Shown one piece after another: positions 10,429-20,732 of a DNA stretch of 64,000 nucleotides. Each line of letters begins with the position of its first letter. The first letter of the stretch is position 1. Under the pieces are notes generated by a model. That model made no database searches. It was not told the origin of the DNA and saw only the letters and a program-made list of their open reading frames with translations. This stretch comes from an uncultured virus (IMG/VR IMGVR_UViG_3300010885_055091) (Duplodnaviria > Heunggongvirae > Uroviricota > Caudoviricetes). The DNA lies in the IMG/VR virus record IMGVR_UViG_3300010885_055091, positions 62,001-126,000 of that record; one strand, 5' to 3'. The translations under genes were made by a program, and so were the position numbers.

Positions 10429-11721
10429 ATGGACCCTGTTTTATTAAGTAATGCTCTGAAAATTATTGCGAATAAAATAGACTATGATCAGTATCCTTCT
10501 AGATTCAAGATAGCGAATCAGCTAGAATTTTTAGTAGCAGGGTTGTTTCCCGAGTCATCCACTCCCAAATACAATGCGGAGGGCGACCTTATTAAGGTCA
10601 TTCCGCCTAAATTACCTAATGCTCCGAAGGTCGAACATGGACTTAAGGAGATTACAGAAACTCGCGAAAAGAGAGAACGAGAGAGAGAGCGACAAAAATA
10701 CGCTCCGGAAGTGACCGAAAAGAATCATCCTAAATCCTATGACCAAAACACGGTTGATAAGCTAATTAAAGAAAACGTTTTATATTATGAAGTGAAGACT
10801 AAGTGTCCTTATTGTGGTTGGAGCACTGATGAAGAGACCATGGAATGTCCAATATGCGAAGAACAAGTGAAAAATGGTCGTGATCCGCATTTCAATGCTA
10901 CATATAATCCGGCTCGACATGTCGTAAAAGTTTCAAAGATTTTAAAGATATATGATGTAGATTCCTTTGTAGATTACTTAAAATACAACGATAAGGATAC
11001 ATACTCTCAAAAAGAATTAGAAATCATCTCAGGAACCACTAATATCCCAGATAGTAAACTTAAAACTCAACTATTAGACTTAGGTTACAGTCTAAAGTCT
11101 CTATCTTCTAAAGATACTGACTTCGAATATTCTAGTCTAGAAAGGTTTATCACGCACATAAAGGATAATGATAAAGACTACTGTACTGAGCAGCAGTTAA
11201 ATAAACTATTGAACTCCTTAAGCACAAATGGTTTACCAGGATTAAACAAGACCACCAAAGACATCGTAGCCGATCCCAATAAAGCTGAGCAAAAACTATT
11301 TTTAGAGACATATTTAGTAGAGAATGGAATTACCATCGGGGAATTAAAGCCCACCTTTAAGCCCATGGATGATAAATCCGAAAAAATTTCTCCAAAACAA
11401 AAAGCTCTGGGAAAGAAATATTTAGAGTTATCAAAAATTTTAAAAGATAAGCATGGAGAAGATGTTCCGGCAGAAAAAGTGAAGTTATTTGTACAAGTTA
11501 ATTTCTTAACGAACGTAGTGGGGGTCGGACCCGTTGTAGAAGCTTGGTTAAATGCGCAATATGAAGAAGTGGCTCGAGACTTCAGCATATCAAAGAGAGA
11601 AATATTGAAGATGATAGCTCAGGAAATGATTCCTGATGAGTATGAGTATGGTGGTCTATATGAAGCCGTAGAAGAGGCTCTAACTAGACCCGAGTCATCA
11701 AGATTCATTAGACTATCTTAG
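10429..11721 (+). CDS. Hypothetical protein with Zn ribbon and KIIA/KIA N-terminal domain
   Basis: 430-aa ORF; CPYC...CPIC. Confidence 0.7.
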   Translation: MDPVLLSNALKIIANKIDYDQYPSRFKIANQLEFLVAGLFPESSTPKYNAEGDLIKVIPPKLPNAPKVEHGLKEITETREKRERERERQKYAPEVTEKNHPKSYDQNTVDKLIKENVLYYEVKTKCPYCGWSTDEETMECPICEEQVKNGRDPHFNATYNPARHVVKVSKILKIYDVDSFVDYLKYNDKDTYSQKELEIISGTTNIPDSKLKTQLLDLGYSLKSLSSKDTDFEYSSLERFITHIKDNDKDYCTEQQLNKLLNSLSTNGLPGLNKTTKDIVADPNKAEQKLFLETYLVENGITIGELKPTFKPMDDKSEKISPKQKALGKKYLELSKILKDKHGEDVPAEKVKLFVQVNFLTNVVGVGPVVEAWLNAQYEEVARDFSISKREILKMIAQEMIPDEYEYGGLYEAVEEALTRPESSRFIRLS

Positions 11722-11759
11722 AGTGAGGTATAATATACCTTTCTTCTATATAGAGCATC

Positions 11760-12455
11760 ATGATAGTGAAAGGAATACCGTTACTTTCTGCGGATTCGGC
11801 CAGAAAGAGTAGTCTGACTAGTGTAATATATCATATGGATCGAGAATTCCTGTCTAAAACGGAGCAACAGGAATGGACTAATCGTAGAATATCCGAAGTA
11901 AATAAATTTTACTCGGCTTACAACGCTTTAGTAGAAAAAGGCATAGAATTACTGGACGAAAGTACCAGTCTACAAATACTATGTCCATTTCATGATGATA
12001 AGAATAAACCTTCAGCTAGATATTATGCAGCTTCCGGAAATAAAGCAAGTCATTTTTATTGCTTTAAATGCAAAGACCGGTTAGATGGAATAGCCTTACA
12101 CTCAAGATTTAATTCTAATAAATATTATGAGTCTTTATCTGCACTAGAAAAGCGATTCGGAATTAAGGTACCTAAGAAACCTGATAATGTTCACATTCCA
12201 CTGGTTGAACGGACAGCTGGTTATAAGTCTAGTGCTTGGAATGATGTTCCTAGATTCCTCGAAATACTTGAAAATAAACTAATTAGAAACCGTCACAAAG
12301 CTACACTTCCTGAGTATATTAAAGTTAATAGAATGATGGACGCCATTAGATGGGATCATAATGTGACAGGAAGTTCGACTCCTGAAATGATATCTTCTTT
12401 AGAAAAAGCCTCAAGATTCATTGATAGTTTTTTCGTTGTCGAAGAATTACTTTGA
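11760..12455 (+). CDS. Primase CHC2 zinc-binding domain protein without TOPRIM
   Basis: CPFHDDKNKPS...FYCFKC. Confidence 0.75.
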   Translation: MIVKGIPLLSADSARKSSLTSVIYHMDREFLSKTEQQEWTNRRISEVNKFYSAYNALVEKGIELLDESTSLQILCPFHDDKNKPSARYYAASGNKASHFYCFKCKDRLDGIALHSRFNSNKYYESLSALEKRFGIKVPKKPDNVHIPLVERTAGYKSSAWNDVPRFLEILENKLIRNRHKATLPEYIKVNRMMDAIRWDHNVTGSSTPEMISSLEKASRFIDSFFVVEELL

Positions 12456-12734
12456 TTTTCTTTTCTTTGACTTCATCCTTTTGAACATTTCTACTTGTTG
12501 AAGCCTTTCTTCAGCTTGGGTCTTCGATGGATAACATCCTCCAGACCATTCCGGATTGTTTTCGCTATATACACACCACTGCTCTTTATTCTTGGTTTTT
12601 CTAACGTAACTCACTTTAGATTCACCACGAGGCAGTGAAGATTCTGAATGCCCATAATCTGATCTGTCGCTTAGTGGAGAGCTTATCATGGCAATACGAC
12701 TGGCAATACGAACTAGCATATTTTTAACATTCAT
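12447..12734 (-). CDS. Small basic phage protein with RIASRIA leader
   Basis: WCVYSE...GCYPSKTQAEERLQQVE; ATG at 12734. Confidence 0.6.
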   Translation of the reverse strand: MNVKNMLVRIASRIAMISSPLSDRSDYGHSESSLPRGESKVSYVRKTKNKEQWCVYSENNPEWSGGCYPSKTQAEERLQQVEMFKRMKSKKRKSK

Positions 12735-12770
12735 CGAAAATTTCTTATCTGAAAACGTCAAATCTTCAAC

Positions 12771-13367
12771 ATGCTTTGGAAATTTCCGATGAAGCCCATG
12801 AAGGTAGACGAAGATATTTTTAAAAGGGTTAATTGTGATGATTATATCATGGAGAAAAAATATGATGGATATCGTGTCATTATTCAGAAAGATATAACCA
12901 TTAAGCTATTCAGTAGACATAAGAATCGATTTGATATACCTACGAATTTAATCGATCAACTCAATAGCATGCAGATACCTAATGGCACAGTTTTTGATGG
13001 AGAAATATGGAATTTAAATAAACGAGGTTCTTGGAATTATTCTAAAGAAGACGAGTGCAAGATTACATTATGGGATACCATGATATGGAATCATAAAGAT
13101 GTTACTCATGAAACTATCGAGAAGAGATATGGGTACCTGAGCGGGCTCACTAGCGATTGTGGTAGTATAAATGTGATATCTAGACACGAAGTAAATCCTA
13201 CTGTGTTCAATCAAATCAAGAAGGACGCTTACGAACACAGGAAATTGAATGATAATAGGTCAGGATTTATCCATGGAGTGGTTCTAAAGAAGAAAGAATC
13301 TATGAGAAGGGACGATCCTAAAAGAACGAAGGAACATCCGGACTGGTTAAAGATCGTATTGTTTTAA
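12771..13367 (+). CDS. ATP-dependent ligase-family nucleotidyltransferase, adenylation domain only
   Basis: EKKYDGYR (motif I), FDGEI (III), LWD (IIIa), HGVVLK (IV variant), WLKI (V), then stop. Confidence 0.8.
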   Translation: MLWKFPMKPMKVDEDIFKRVNCDDYIMEKKYDGYRVIIQKDITIKLFSRHKNRFDIPTNLIDQLNSMQIPNGTVFDGEIWNLNKRGSWNYSKEDECKITLWDTMIWNHKDVTHETIEKRYGYLSGLTSDCGSINVISRHEVNPTVFNQIKKDAYEHRKLNDNRSGFIHGVVLKKKESMRRDDPKRTKEHPDWLKIVLF

Positions 13368-13813
13368 TGTATATCGAATTTGTAGATTATCATATAAAGT
13401 TATCCAACGGCGAAACAATCAACATTGCCGAGCTAGATCTAAACAGGGTAGATGACTTATATATAAGAGAGTATTTTAGTGTAAAGCGAAAAATCGTTCA
13501 GTGGATACCTTTCATTCCCAGAAAAATAATAGAAGAAGCCAAAACCGGTTACGATTCGAACTTCAAAAAATATTTAGGAAGTCCTCCCCAGGCCGTATTA
13601 AACCGAATAGATAATACCAAGTGTAATGAGAGATATTTTTGTGCTTCGTACAGACCAGATCTTTGTACTTTGAAACCATCAATACAAAAAAGGGAAGGTG
13701 ATTATCCCAGGTGTTGGCTATATGAGTCAATCATGAAGTCTGAACGACTTATTTTATCTAGCTTAATATTTAAAATGAAAGAAGGGTTCCATATTATTAT
13801 TGTTTCGGATTAA
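13367..13813 (+). CDS. Cys-containing hypothetical protein
   Basis: 148-aa ORF coupled to the ligase stop. Confidence 0.6.
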   Translation: MYIEFVDYHIKLSNGETINIAELDLNRVDDLYIREYFSVKRKIVQWIPFIPRKIIEEAKTGYDSNFKKYLGSPPQAVLNRIDNTKCNERYFCASYRPDLCTLKPSIQKREGDYPRCWLYESIMKSERLILSSLIFKMKEGFHIIIVSD

Positions 13814-14813
13814 TTTCGTCCATGAGTTCGTTAAATAACATCTTGGCCCGAGTTGTTAGCACTTTTGGAATGATCGGGTTTAATGTGATCAGAAGATTAC
13901 CAACACCGTGGTGGCTTTTAAATCCAGCATTATCTACACAATATATATCACCCGAATCTGTACAAGGATTAATGATTAAGATATGATTACTTCCCCACGG
14001 AGTACAAATTTCCATTTTACCGCCATGCACCATAATGTTCAGTGGAATTTTCATGGCAGTATGGATATCATTTTCGTGTCGAAGATAATTAGAAATCGAC
14101 TGTACTAATATTATGATGTATAATTCTCCAGGTGGATTTCCCGGCTGTCCTTTTCCTGATACTCTTAGTGTATCCCCATTCTTCACTCCGGATGGTATCG
14201 ATACTATTATTGGCTTTTCCTTAAGTAATTTACCAACTCCGGAACAGGCTACACACGATAGGAGAGGCCTGCTACCTCTTCCTGAACATGAAGGGCACTT
14301 TCTTGTAGATACGTGAAATATCTCTTGTATACACCCTGACCCTCCACAACTACCACAATTGATGAACTTGGTGCCTGCCCTGGCTCCCATTCCGTTGCAT
14401 TCAATACAGTCTTCTATAGACATGCTTGGGAATGATCTCTTTGTTCCCAAGTATGATTCTGTAAAACTAATCCTAGATTCTATATAGACATCTTCCCCAG
14501 GGGAATCGAAGTACGCATGTTTTCGTTTAAACGCATTACCATGCATATGGTTAAATGGCTTAAATATTTCATCAAAAATCGCTTTCTGGAAATCCCCAGG
14601 AGGAAATAACTTTCTATCATATTCTAATTTCTTTTGAGGATTTGATAGCGTAGCATATGCCTCATTTATTTTCTTGAAAAATGCCTCTGCATGGTCATTC
14701 CCCGGATTTTTGTCGGGATGATGTTCTGATACTAATTTTTTATATGCCTTCTTAACGTCCTCATCCTTCGATTCTTTTGGAATCCCCAATACTTCGTAGT
14801 ATGATTGATTCAT
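13797..14813 (-). CDS. dnaJ: DnaJ chaperone (J domain, Zn finger, C-terminal domain)
   Basis: YYEVLG...HHPDKN; four CxxCxGxG repeats; IPSGV..GD.LRV.GKG. Confidence 0.92.
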   Translation of the reverse strand: MNQSYYEVLGIPKESKDEDVKKAYKKLVSEHHPDKNPGNDHAEAFFKKINEAYATLSNPQKKLEYDRKLFPPGDFQKAIFDEIFKPFNHMHGNAFKRKHAYFDSPGEDVYIESRISFTESYLGTKRSFPSMSIEDCIECNGMGARAGTKFINCGSCGGSGCIQEIFHVSTRKCPSCSGRGSRPLLSCVACSGVGKLLKEKPIIVSIPSGVKNGDTLRVSGKGQPGNPPGELYIIILVQSISNYLRHENDIHTAMKIPLNIMVHGGKMEICTPWGSNHILIINPCTDSGDIYCVDNAGFKSHHGVGNLLITLNPIIPKVLTTRAKMLFNELMDEINPKQ

Positions 14814-14883
14814 AACCAAAAAAACAGATGAAATTGAGTGTACATTAGTAGGATTTTTAAACTATACTCCGCGTGAAAGATTT

Positions 14884-17679
14884 ATGATGTTCCTGCAACA
14901 AATCGACGATCGACCTGCATTTGACCGACCATGGATGCAAGATTACAAATTTCATTTAGTAGACAGTATAGACAAATTAAAGAAATTAGTAGATATATGT
15001 GTTCAGAAAAGGGTATATAGTATAGACCTTGAGTCTACCGGGGTCGATACTAGAGTATATCCGGATGAATACTTTGGTGATGGGAAGAAAACACGTCATG
15101 GAATGAGGACTGTGGATAGAGTCGTAGGCGTCTGCATGTCTTTCGACGGTATTAATGGATATTACGTACCATTATCACACGAACCTGAAGGATCGGATAA
15201 CCTTGATTGGGACTTAGCATGGGACGAACTAGAAAGATTAGCCCATAGCGGAGCTAAAGCCATACTTCACAACAGCAAGTTCGACTGTGAGTTGCTATAT
15301 CCCCTGATTAATAAAGAGCAGTGGAAAGTAGATGAGTACGAAGACACCTTCTTGATGGTCAAGGTGATCAACCCTCTTAAGGGAAACCCAAGTGGTCTCA
15401 AGCCACTCACCAAGCAGCTTTTTGGTGTGGACATGATTGAGTTACATGATCTTTTCACTACTGAAATGGTGGCTCAGCTTAAGAGAGAAAAGAGGTCTAC
15501 TCACAACTTTGCTGTTCTTCATCCAAAGGAAGGATTAGCATATGGTTGCTCAGATGGAATTTTCACATATAAACTGTACTTTGCGCTACAAGAGAAATTA
15601 AGTGATAATGATAGAAAGATATATAGTCTCGAAAAGAGCTTTTGCAACGTTCTCAGAAAGATGGAAAGGAATAGGGTACATGTAGACATAGAAAGAGTAA
15701 AGGAACTATCTACAGAATGTGATAGAGAACTTGAGGAAGTGGGAGATATCATAAGGAATATCATAGAAAATAATACAGGGAGAACCAAGAAGTGGCTCAC
15801 TCTGAATGTCGGGTCTCCTAAGCAATTATCGCACGCCATGATTACTGATCCTGAGGGACTGAAATTAAAACCGACACAGTTTATGTTAGGAGAAAATCCG
15901 ACTGAGTTAAATCAAGAATCTGATGAAGATAATGATTATGAATCTGAAGCTAATTCTGGAGAAATTAAACAATATACTCTGAAAGATGAGGCTCTAAAAT
16001 CTCTTCACGAGGCATACGGGAAAAAATTTGTAGTAACTAGAAGCGGACATAATGATAAGAATGGGAATCCTAAGTCAGAAAGTTTATTTGAATTAATCAT
16101 AGAGTGGCGTCATTATCTTAAGATGAAAGGTAGCTATATAGAGCCACTTTCACTGGCAGTGGATAAGAATGGAGATGTTAGACCCGATTTTAGACAAATG
16201 GGAACAGATACTGCCAGATTAGCATCCCGAGCAGGTGAGATTGAAAATGGTTACTCTGGTATAAATTTCCAAGGGATTCCTAGAGATTCAGACGATGATA
16301 AACCTGACTTATTTAAGCAAATTAGAACATGTATAATACCAAGACCGGGATGGGTTCTAGTAAAATTAGACTTCGCAGGTGAAGAATTACGGGTAGTCAC
16401 AAATCTCTCGGGAGACCCAATATGGACTGACTCCTTCCTGAATAAGGATGGTGATGTTCATAAAATCACTGCAAAAACCCTGTTTGGTAAAGAATCTGTT
16501 TCCAAGGATGAACGGAATCGTGGGAAAAGAAGCAACTTTGCCTTCATATATGGTGGCGGAGCAGGAGCAATTCAACGCAATGTTGGCTGCTCCATGGAAG
16601 ATGCCCAGAGACACATGGAGAATCTAAGAAGAGACGTTCCGGTTCTCATGGGGTACGTAGAAAGTCAAAAGAACTTTGCTAAGCGCAACAAGTGCATATT
16701 TACTGCTTATGGCAGAAGAATACCCATCCCAACCATAGATTCTCCCATTCGAGCCATTCGCTCGAAAGCCGAAAGATGTGCTATCAATTACACTATTCAA
16801 GCTACCTCGGCTGATGTCCTAAAATTCGCGATGTGCTTCGTAGATAAGAACATTAAGGCGAATGGGTGGGAAGACAAAATTAAATATGTTCTTACAGTTC
16901 ATGACGAAGTAGTATATGAGATTAAACCAGAGCTATTGATGGAGGCAGTTCGTAAATTAGATGAGTGGATGACTCTCCCATGGAAGCTTCCTAAGGCACA
17001 TGGAAGAGACTGGGTCGTCCCACTTCTTACGGAACCGGGCATTGATTTAAACTGGAAGGCACGATTTGACTATTTTAAAATGGTAGACGGCATTCCTGCA
17101 GAATCAAAATATGTTGATGGAGATATTTATACCGGAAAGTTGAAGAGCGATGAGTACTTCCGCGACAATAAAATATATCAGGTTATACCAGAATTTTTAA
17201 TTCCATACATTCACAGATATGATGGTAGCGGCGTAAATAATAAAGAAAACTCCCCGCAAGGTCCTTATGACACCACAATAAATGTTAAGTCAACTACGCC
17301 TACGGAGGTTGGAATAAAAACTGATTTTGAGATACCCACCACTCAAGAACAGTCTATTGAATTAAAGAATACTATAGTAAATACTTCAATCATAAAGAAT
17401 GAAAATAAATATATAGATATAGATACGAAAACCCAAGATACTCATGACATTCTTCCATTAGCCAGTAGTCCCCCTAAAGAGGTGCATCGATTCGTTATCC
17501 GGTGTGTTTTAAACAAGTCGAACTTAAGGAAATTAGAAGCAGTATGTATCCTGGCAGAGGGCGAAACTCCACTAAGAATTGTAAAACAAGATGGAAAGAT
17601 ATTGGTAAATGAATCAGAATCACCTCGAATAGATGTTGCAGCGTTCAATACTCTAGTAAGACTATTCGGAGTCGGTTAG
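14884..17679 (+). CDS. polA: Family A DNA polymerase with 3'-5' exonuclease and C-terminal extension
   Basis: IDLES, HNSKFD, YGCSD exonuclease motifs; DFAGEELR (A), RGKRSNFAFIYG (B), VHDE (C). Confidence 0.93.
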   Translation: MMFLQQIDDRPAFDRPWMQDYKFHLVDSIDKLKKLVDICVQKRVYSIDLESTGVDTRVYPDEYFGDGKKTRHGMRTVDRVVGVCMSFDGINGYYVPLSHEPEGSDNLDWDLAWDELERLAHSGAKAILHNSKFDCELLYPLINKEQWKVDEYEDTFLMVKVINPLKGNPSGLKPLTKQLFGVDMIELHDLFTTEMVAQLKREKRSTHNFAVLHPKEGLAYGCSDGIFTYKLYFALQEKLSDNDRKIYSLEKSFCNVLRKMERNRVHVDIERVKELSTECDRELEEVGDIIRNIIENNTGRTKKWLTLNVGSPKQLSHAMITDPEGLKLKPTQFMLGENPTELNQESDEDNDYESEANSGEIKQYTLKDEALKSLHEAYGKKFVVTRSGHNDKNGNPKSESLFELIIEWRHYLKMKGSYIEPLSLAVDKNGDVRPDFRQMGTDTARLASRAGEIENGYSGINFQGIPRDSDDDKPDLFKQIRTCIIPRPGWVLVKLDFAGEELRVVTNLSGDPIWTDSFLNKDGDVHKITAKTLFGKESVSKDERNRGKRSNFAFIYGGGAGAIQRNVGCSMEDAQRHMENLRRDVPVLMGYVESQKNFAKRNKCIFTAYGRRIPIPTIDSPIRAIRSKAERCAINYTIQATSADVLKFAMCFVDKNIKANGWEDKIKYVLTVHDEVVYEIKPELLMEAVRKLDEWMTLPWKLPKAHGRDWVVPLLTEPGIDLNWKARFDYFKMVDGIPAESKYVDGDIYTGKLKSDEYFRDNKIYQVIPEFLIPYIHRYDGSGVNNKENSPQGPYDTTINVKSTTPTEVGIKTDFEIPTTQEQSIELKNTIVNTSIIKNENKYIDIDTKTQDTHDILPLASSPPKEVHRFVIRCVLNKSNLRKLEAVCILAEGETPLRIVKQDGKILVNESESPRIDVAAFNTLVRLFGVG

Positions 17680-17889
17680 ACTCTTTAATCTGGCTGCTGC
17701 GGCTGCTAGAATTGAAACGTTGTACACCAGAACAATACGGAGATCTTCTTTGACTTCCCCATTCTTTATTAATTCAAGCTCGCGTCGAGCAAAATCATTA
17801 AGTTCCTCAATCAATAACTCAGTCTTAATATGTTCGACTATGTTAAGACTGTCTATCCATTCTTGATCTGTCAGGTAATCTTTAATCAT
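17662..17889 (-). CDS. Hypothetical protein
   Basis: 75-aa ORF filling the gap. Confidence 0.5.
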   Translation of the reverse strand: MIKDYLTDQEWIDSLNIVEHIKTELLIEELNDFARRELELIKNGEVKEDLRIVLVYNVSILAAAAARLKSLTDSE

Positions 17890-18142
17890 GGAAAACTTTA
17901 CCTTCGGTAGGATACCATCCCGGGATATAGTGATAAGTATACAGAAATGTAAAGGGATTGAAATAATGGCAGATTTATCTTTCCCGGGTTATAATGAGAA
18001 AATAGAATGTCCTGATGACCACATATCCTTCTATGCAGACTTGTTAGGGGACTATGGTCCTAGCTGTAGACTGGTTTTCTTTGTCAGAGAGGAACAAGAT
18101 ATCATGGGGAGAATTGCGATTGTGGAAGGAATGGCAGGATGA
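17888..18142 (+). CDS. Hypothetical protein
   Basis: 84-aa ORF, ATGA-coupled to dcd. Confidence 0.55.
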   Translation: MENFTFGRIPSRDIVISIQKCKGIEIMADLSFPGYNEKIECPDDHISFYADLLGDYGPSCRLVFFVREEQDIMGRIAIVEGMAG

Positions 18143-18717
18143 GTGTGATATCAGGTAAGAAAATTCTGGAAGAAATAGGTAATGGTTCAATCGTAATAAA
18201 CCCCTTCGATATGAACCATTTAAATCCGATCTCTGTCGACTTGACATTAGGATCTAAAGTAGCAGTCTACGAGTCAGTAACCGAGATTAGGCATGGCGAG
18301 ATAGAAATTAAATCTGGCAGTTACATTGATTCGAAAAAAGAAGAACCTGTACATACATTTGACATACCAGACTCAGGGTTGGTTTTAAAACCGGGAATCG
18401 GTTATTTAATGCACACCCATGAAATGGTGGGGACTAAAAAGTATGTTCCAATTATTGACGGTAAATCTAGCGTGGGACGATTGTTTATTCAAATCCATTC
18501 GACAGCAGGGTTGGGTGATCCAGGATTCTTTGGTCAGTTCACTTTAGAGGTCATGGTCTCACAGAAAGTAAAGGTATATAAAGGCATGCGTATAGGGCAA
18601 GTACGTTTCTATGAAATATCGGGAGAATATGACAGTTATGAAACTACAGGGAACTATAATGGGATCAACGCCATAGGGCCGATCCCATCGAAGCTATGGA
18701 AGTCTTTTAATGGATAG
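18139..18717 (+). CDS. dcd: dCTP deaminase
   Basis: SVDLTLG, GKSSVGRL, TAGLGDPGFFGQFTLE, RIGQ. Confidence 0.92.
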   Translation: MSVISGKKILEEIGNGSIVINPFDMNHLNPISVDLTLGSKVAVYESVTEIRHGEIEIKSGSYIDSKKEEPVHTFDIPDSGLVLKPGIGYLMHTHEMVGTKKYVPIIDGKSSVGRLFIQIHSTAGLGDPGFFGQFTLEVMVSQKVKVYKGMRIGQVRFYEISGEYDSYETTGNYNGINAIGPIPSKLWKSFNG

Positions 18718-19246
18718 ACAGGAATTTTTAGGAAATGGTTTTGTAGAATTATTGGAAACCAATCCTCACGATAGAAATGTCTCTATTAAATTATGTATGC
18801 CATGCAACTTATTTCAGACAGTCACACCACAATTATTATCTCACGGATTAATAGATGAATTTGCGGTAAGAAATCCGATCATCACGTGGATGCCTCAACT
18901 CACCATTGAAAGATTCTGCGTTAATGGACTTGATAAGGAAACTATAAATACTGTTAATATCTGCCTGAAGGATGAAATAATGAGAATATCAAATTTATTC
19001 ATACATATGTCTAATTATTTACATGACCCTTCAGACTTGGTTCCGATGTTACCTATGGGCGTTTACATAGAGTGTACCTATAGATGTTCCGTGGATAAAA
19101 TCATCAAAATATTAGAAGGCATAGATAGTATTAAAGTGATTGGCGTATCCGAGTTTCAATGGGCGATGGCGAGTGTATTGGGTTATGTTCTAGACATTTT
19201 TTCTAGAATAGACAAAGACAGAATTAGCCAGAAACTATTACGCTGA
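18710..19246 (+). CDS. Degenerate ThyX-like protein
   Basis: FLGNGFVELL start and MLPMGVYIE...SEFQWAMA end resemble ThyX; RHR signature absent. Confidence 0.4.
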   Translation: MDRQEFLGNGFVELLETNPHDRNVSIKLCMPCNLFQTVTPQLLSHGLIDEFAVRNPIITWMPQLTIERFCVNGLDKETINTVNICLKDEIMRISNLFIHMSNYLHDPSDLVPMLPMGVYIECTYRCSVDKIIKILEGIDSIKVIGVSEFQWAMASVLGYVLDIFSRIDKDRISQKLLR

Positions 19247-19970
19247 CTTCATACCAAGAAAATCGTGAGTTATACTTCCGTTCACACTTGGTGAATCTGA
19301 ATTTTTTAACTCCATCTTTGATCATTTTTAGTGCTAACGATCTCCCAAACAATTCGGACCGAATAAAAGATGGGTTAAATGATTGGAAAACTCCATTTAT
19401 CGCTTCTCTTCCTACTTCTAAAATCTTCTCATCACCTTCTTCTTCACTTATTTCACATTCTTGGTTCAGTAAAAAGGAAATAGCAACGTCAAGTATACTT
19501 GACGGTTCCTTTATGTGCTTTAACGCTGGACTGTTGGGATATGACTTCTCGATATTTGCTAACTTGGTCTTCTCATGTACAGCTAGCGTTATTCCGCTTG
19601 ATATCTTAGGATGTATCTGTATCGGCCCAGGTCTTATTCTTCCATCTTCAGTGGTCACTGGAGACGCATGGTAAAGCATGTCCGGCGTAATTCTTAGTAT
19701 TGCTTTTCCGTCTTTGCCTATTAAATAATTTCCAGGGTTTTTCCGAAGTTCGATAATTTCTTGTGATATTTTTTCACATTCTTTTTCTTTATCGTTAAGA
19801 TCGTATTCTTCAGATAAATGACACATCAGTGTTTCTTTTAATTCCAACACTGTGTTACATAATGATAAGGACTTCCAAAGTTTTTTGTTGTTATTTATTT
19901 CATATTTAATTCTAAAACTGAATGATACTTCTGTAGAAAGGTCGTTTTTTTGATAAAGATCGATATCCAT
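19224..19970 (-). CDS. Hypothetical protein
   Basis: About 248-aa ORF following the upstream minus-strand gene. Confidence 0.65.
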   Translation of the reverse strand: MDIDLYQKNDLSTEVSFSFRIKYEINNNKKLWKSLSLCNTVLELKETLMCHLSEEYDLNDKEKECEKISQEIIELRKNPGNYLIGKDGKAILRITPDMLYHASPVTTEDGRIRPGPIQIHPKISSGITLAVHEKTKLANIEKSYPNSPALKHIKEPSSILDVAISFLLNQECEISEEEGDEKILEVGREAINGVFQSFNPSFIRSELFGRSLALKMIKDGVKKFRFTKCERKYNSRFSWYEVSVIVSG

Positions 19971-19971
19971 T

Positions 19972-20688
19972 TCAGCTCCCAAAAGTAAAAGAATCCCCAG
20001 AATTTAATACTATTTCCGATTGGCCTTCATCTTTGATGTAACCGGCATTTTGCCAATTAGTATTACCACCAGCATTTGAAGCATTTTTGGAAGCAACCTT
20101 CACACTATTGTGAAGGTTTTCTAATTTATCGGGTATTGATATGGGCTCACTCGGTTTCTTCTTGGTAGAAGACTTTTTCTTTGTCTTTTTCCCTGTTTGA
20201 ACGCCTGAACTAGAATGGTCCTCAGAATCCTTCTGCTGTGTGAGGTCCACTATATCGAAAGACTTTGACCCCACTATTTGAGTCGAAACTGTTTCCATCA
20301 CTTTATTGGGTGTTAACCCTTCTTTAAGTGTATCTTCGATATCCTTGCTGATTATTTTTGTCTCTACCTTCACGCCTTTACCTTTCTTTTTCCTTAAAAG
20401 GTCTTCTTTATTACCAGTTGATGGTATTAACACTTCTGGCTTAAACCATTTCAGTCTAATGTTATCATATGATGGGTCAGAATCATTAGCCCTTACTACA
20501 TTTAGAAAATATTTTGATTCCCAATTCTGAACCCTTCGGTCAAATGCCAAAGACGAAGACCCGGACCTCACGCATGTATTATTCAGACAGTAAACACAAA
20601 ATTCCGCAGAAAATTGGTCGATAGGTATAGACCTTTTCACTTTAAAAGATAAATCTGATAGACATTCTTTTAGGTAGTCATTTTTCAT
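19972..20688 (-). CDS. Hypothetical protein (Cys-rich N-terminus, low-complexity tail)
   Basis: FCVYCLNNTC; GTAAGGT-N7-ATG upstream. Confidence 0.65.
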   Translation of the reverse strand: MKNDYLKECLSDLSFKVKRSIPIDQFSAEFCVYCLNNTCVRSGSSSLAFDRRVQNWESKYFLNVVRANDSDPSYDNIRLKWFKPEVLIPSTGNKEDLLRKKKGKGVKVETKIISKDIEDTLKEGLTPNKVMETVSTQIVGSKSFDIVDLTQQKDSEDHSSSGVQTGKKTKKKSSTKKKPSEPISIPDKLENLHNSVKVASKNASNAGGNTNWQNAGYIKDEGQSEIVLNSGDSFTFGS

Positions 20689-20732
20689 CTCAAGAACCTT
20701 ACTTAGTATAACCGAAAAATGTAAAGTCCCAG

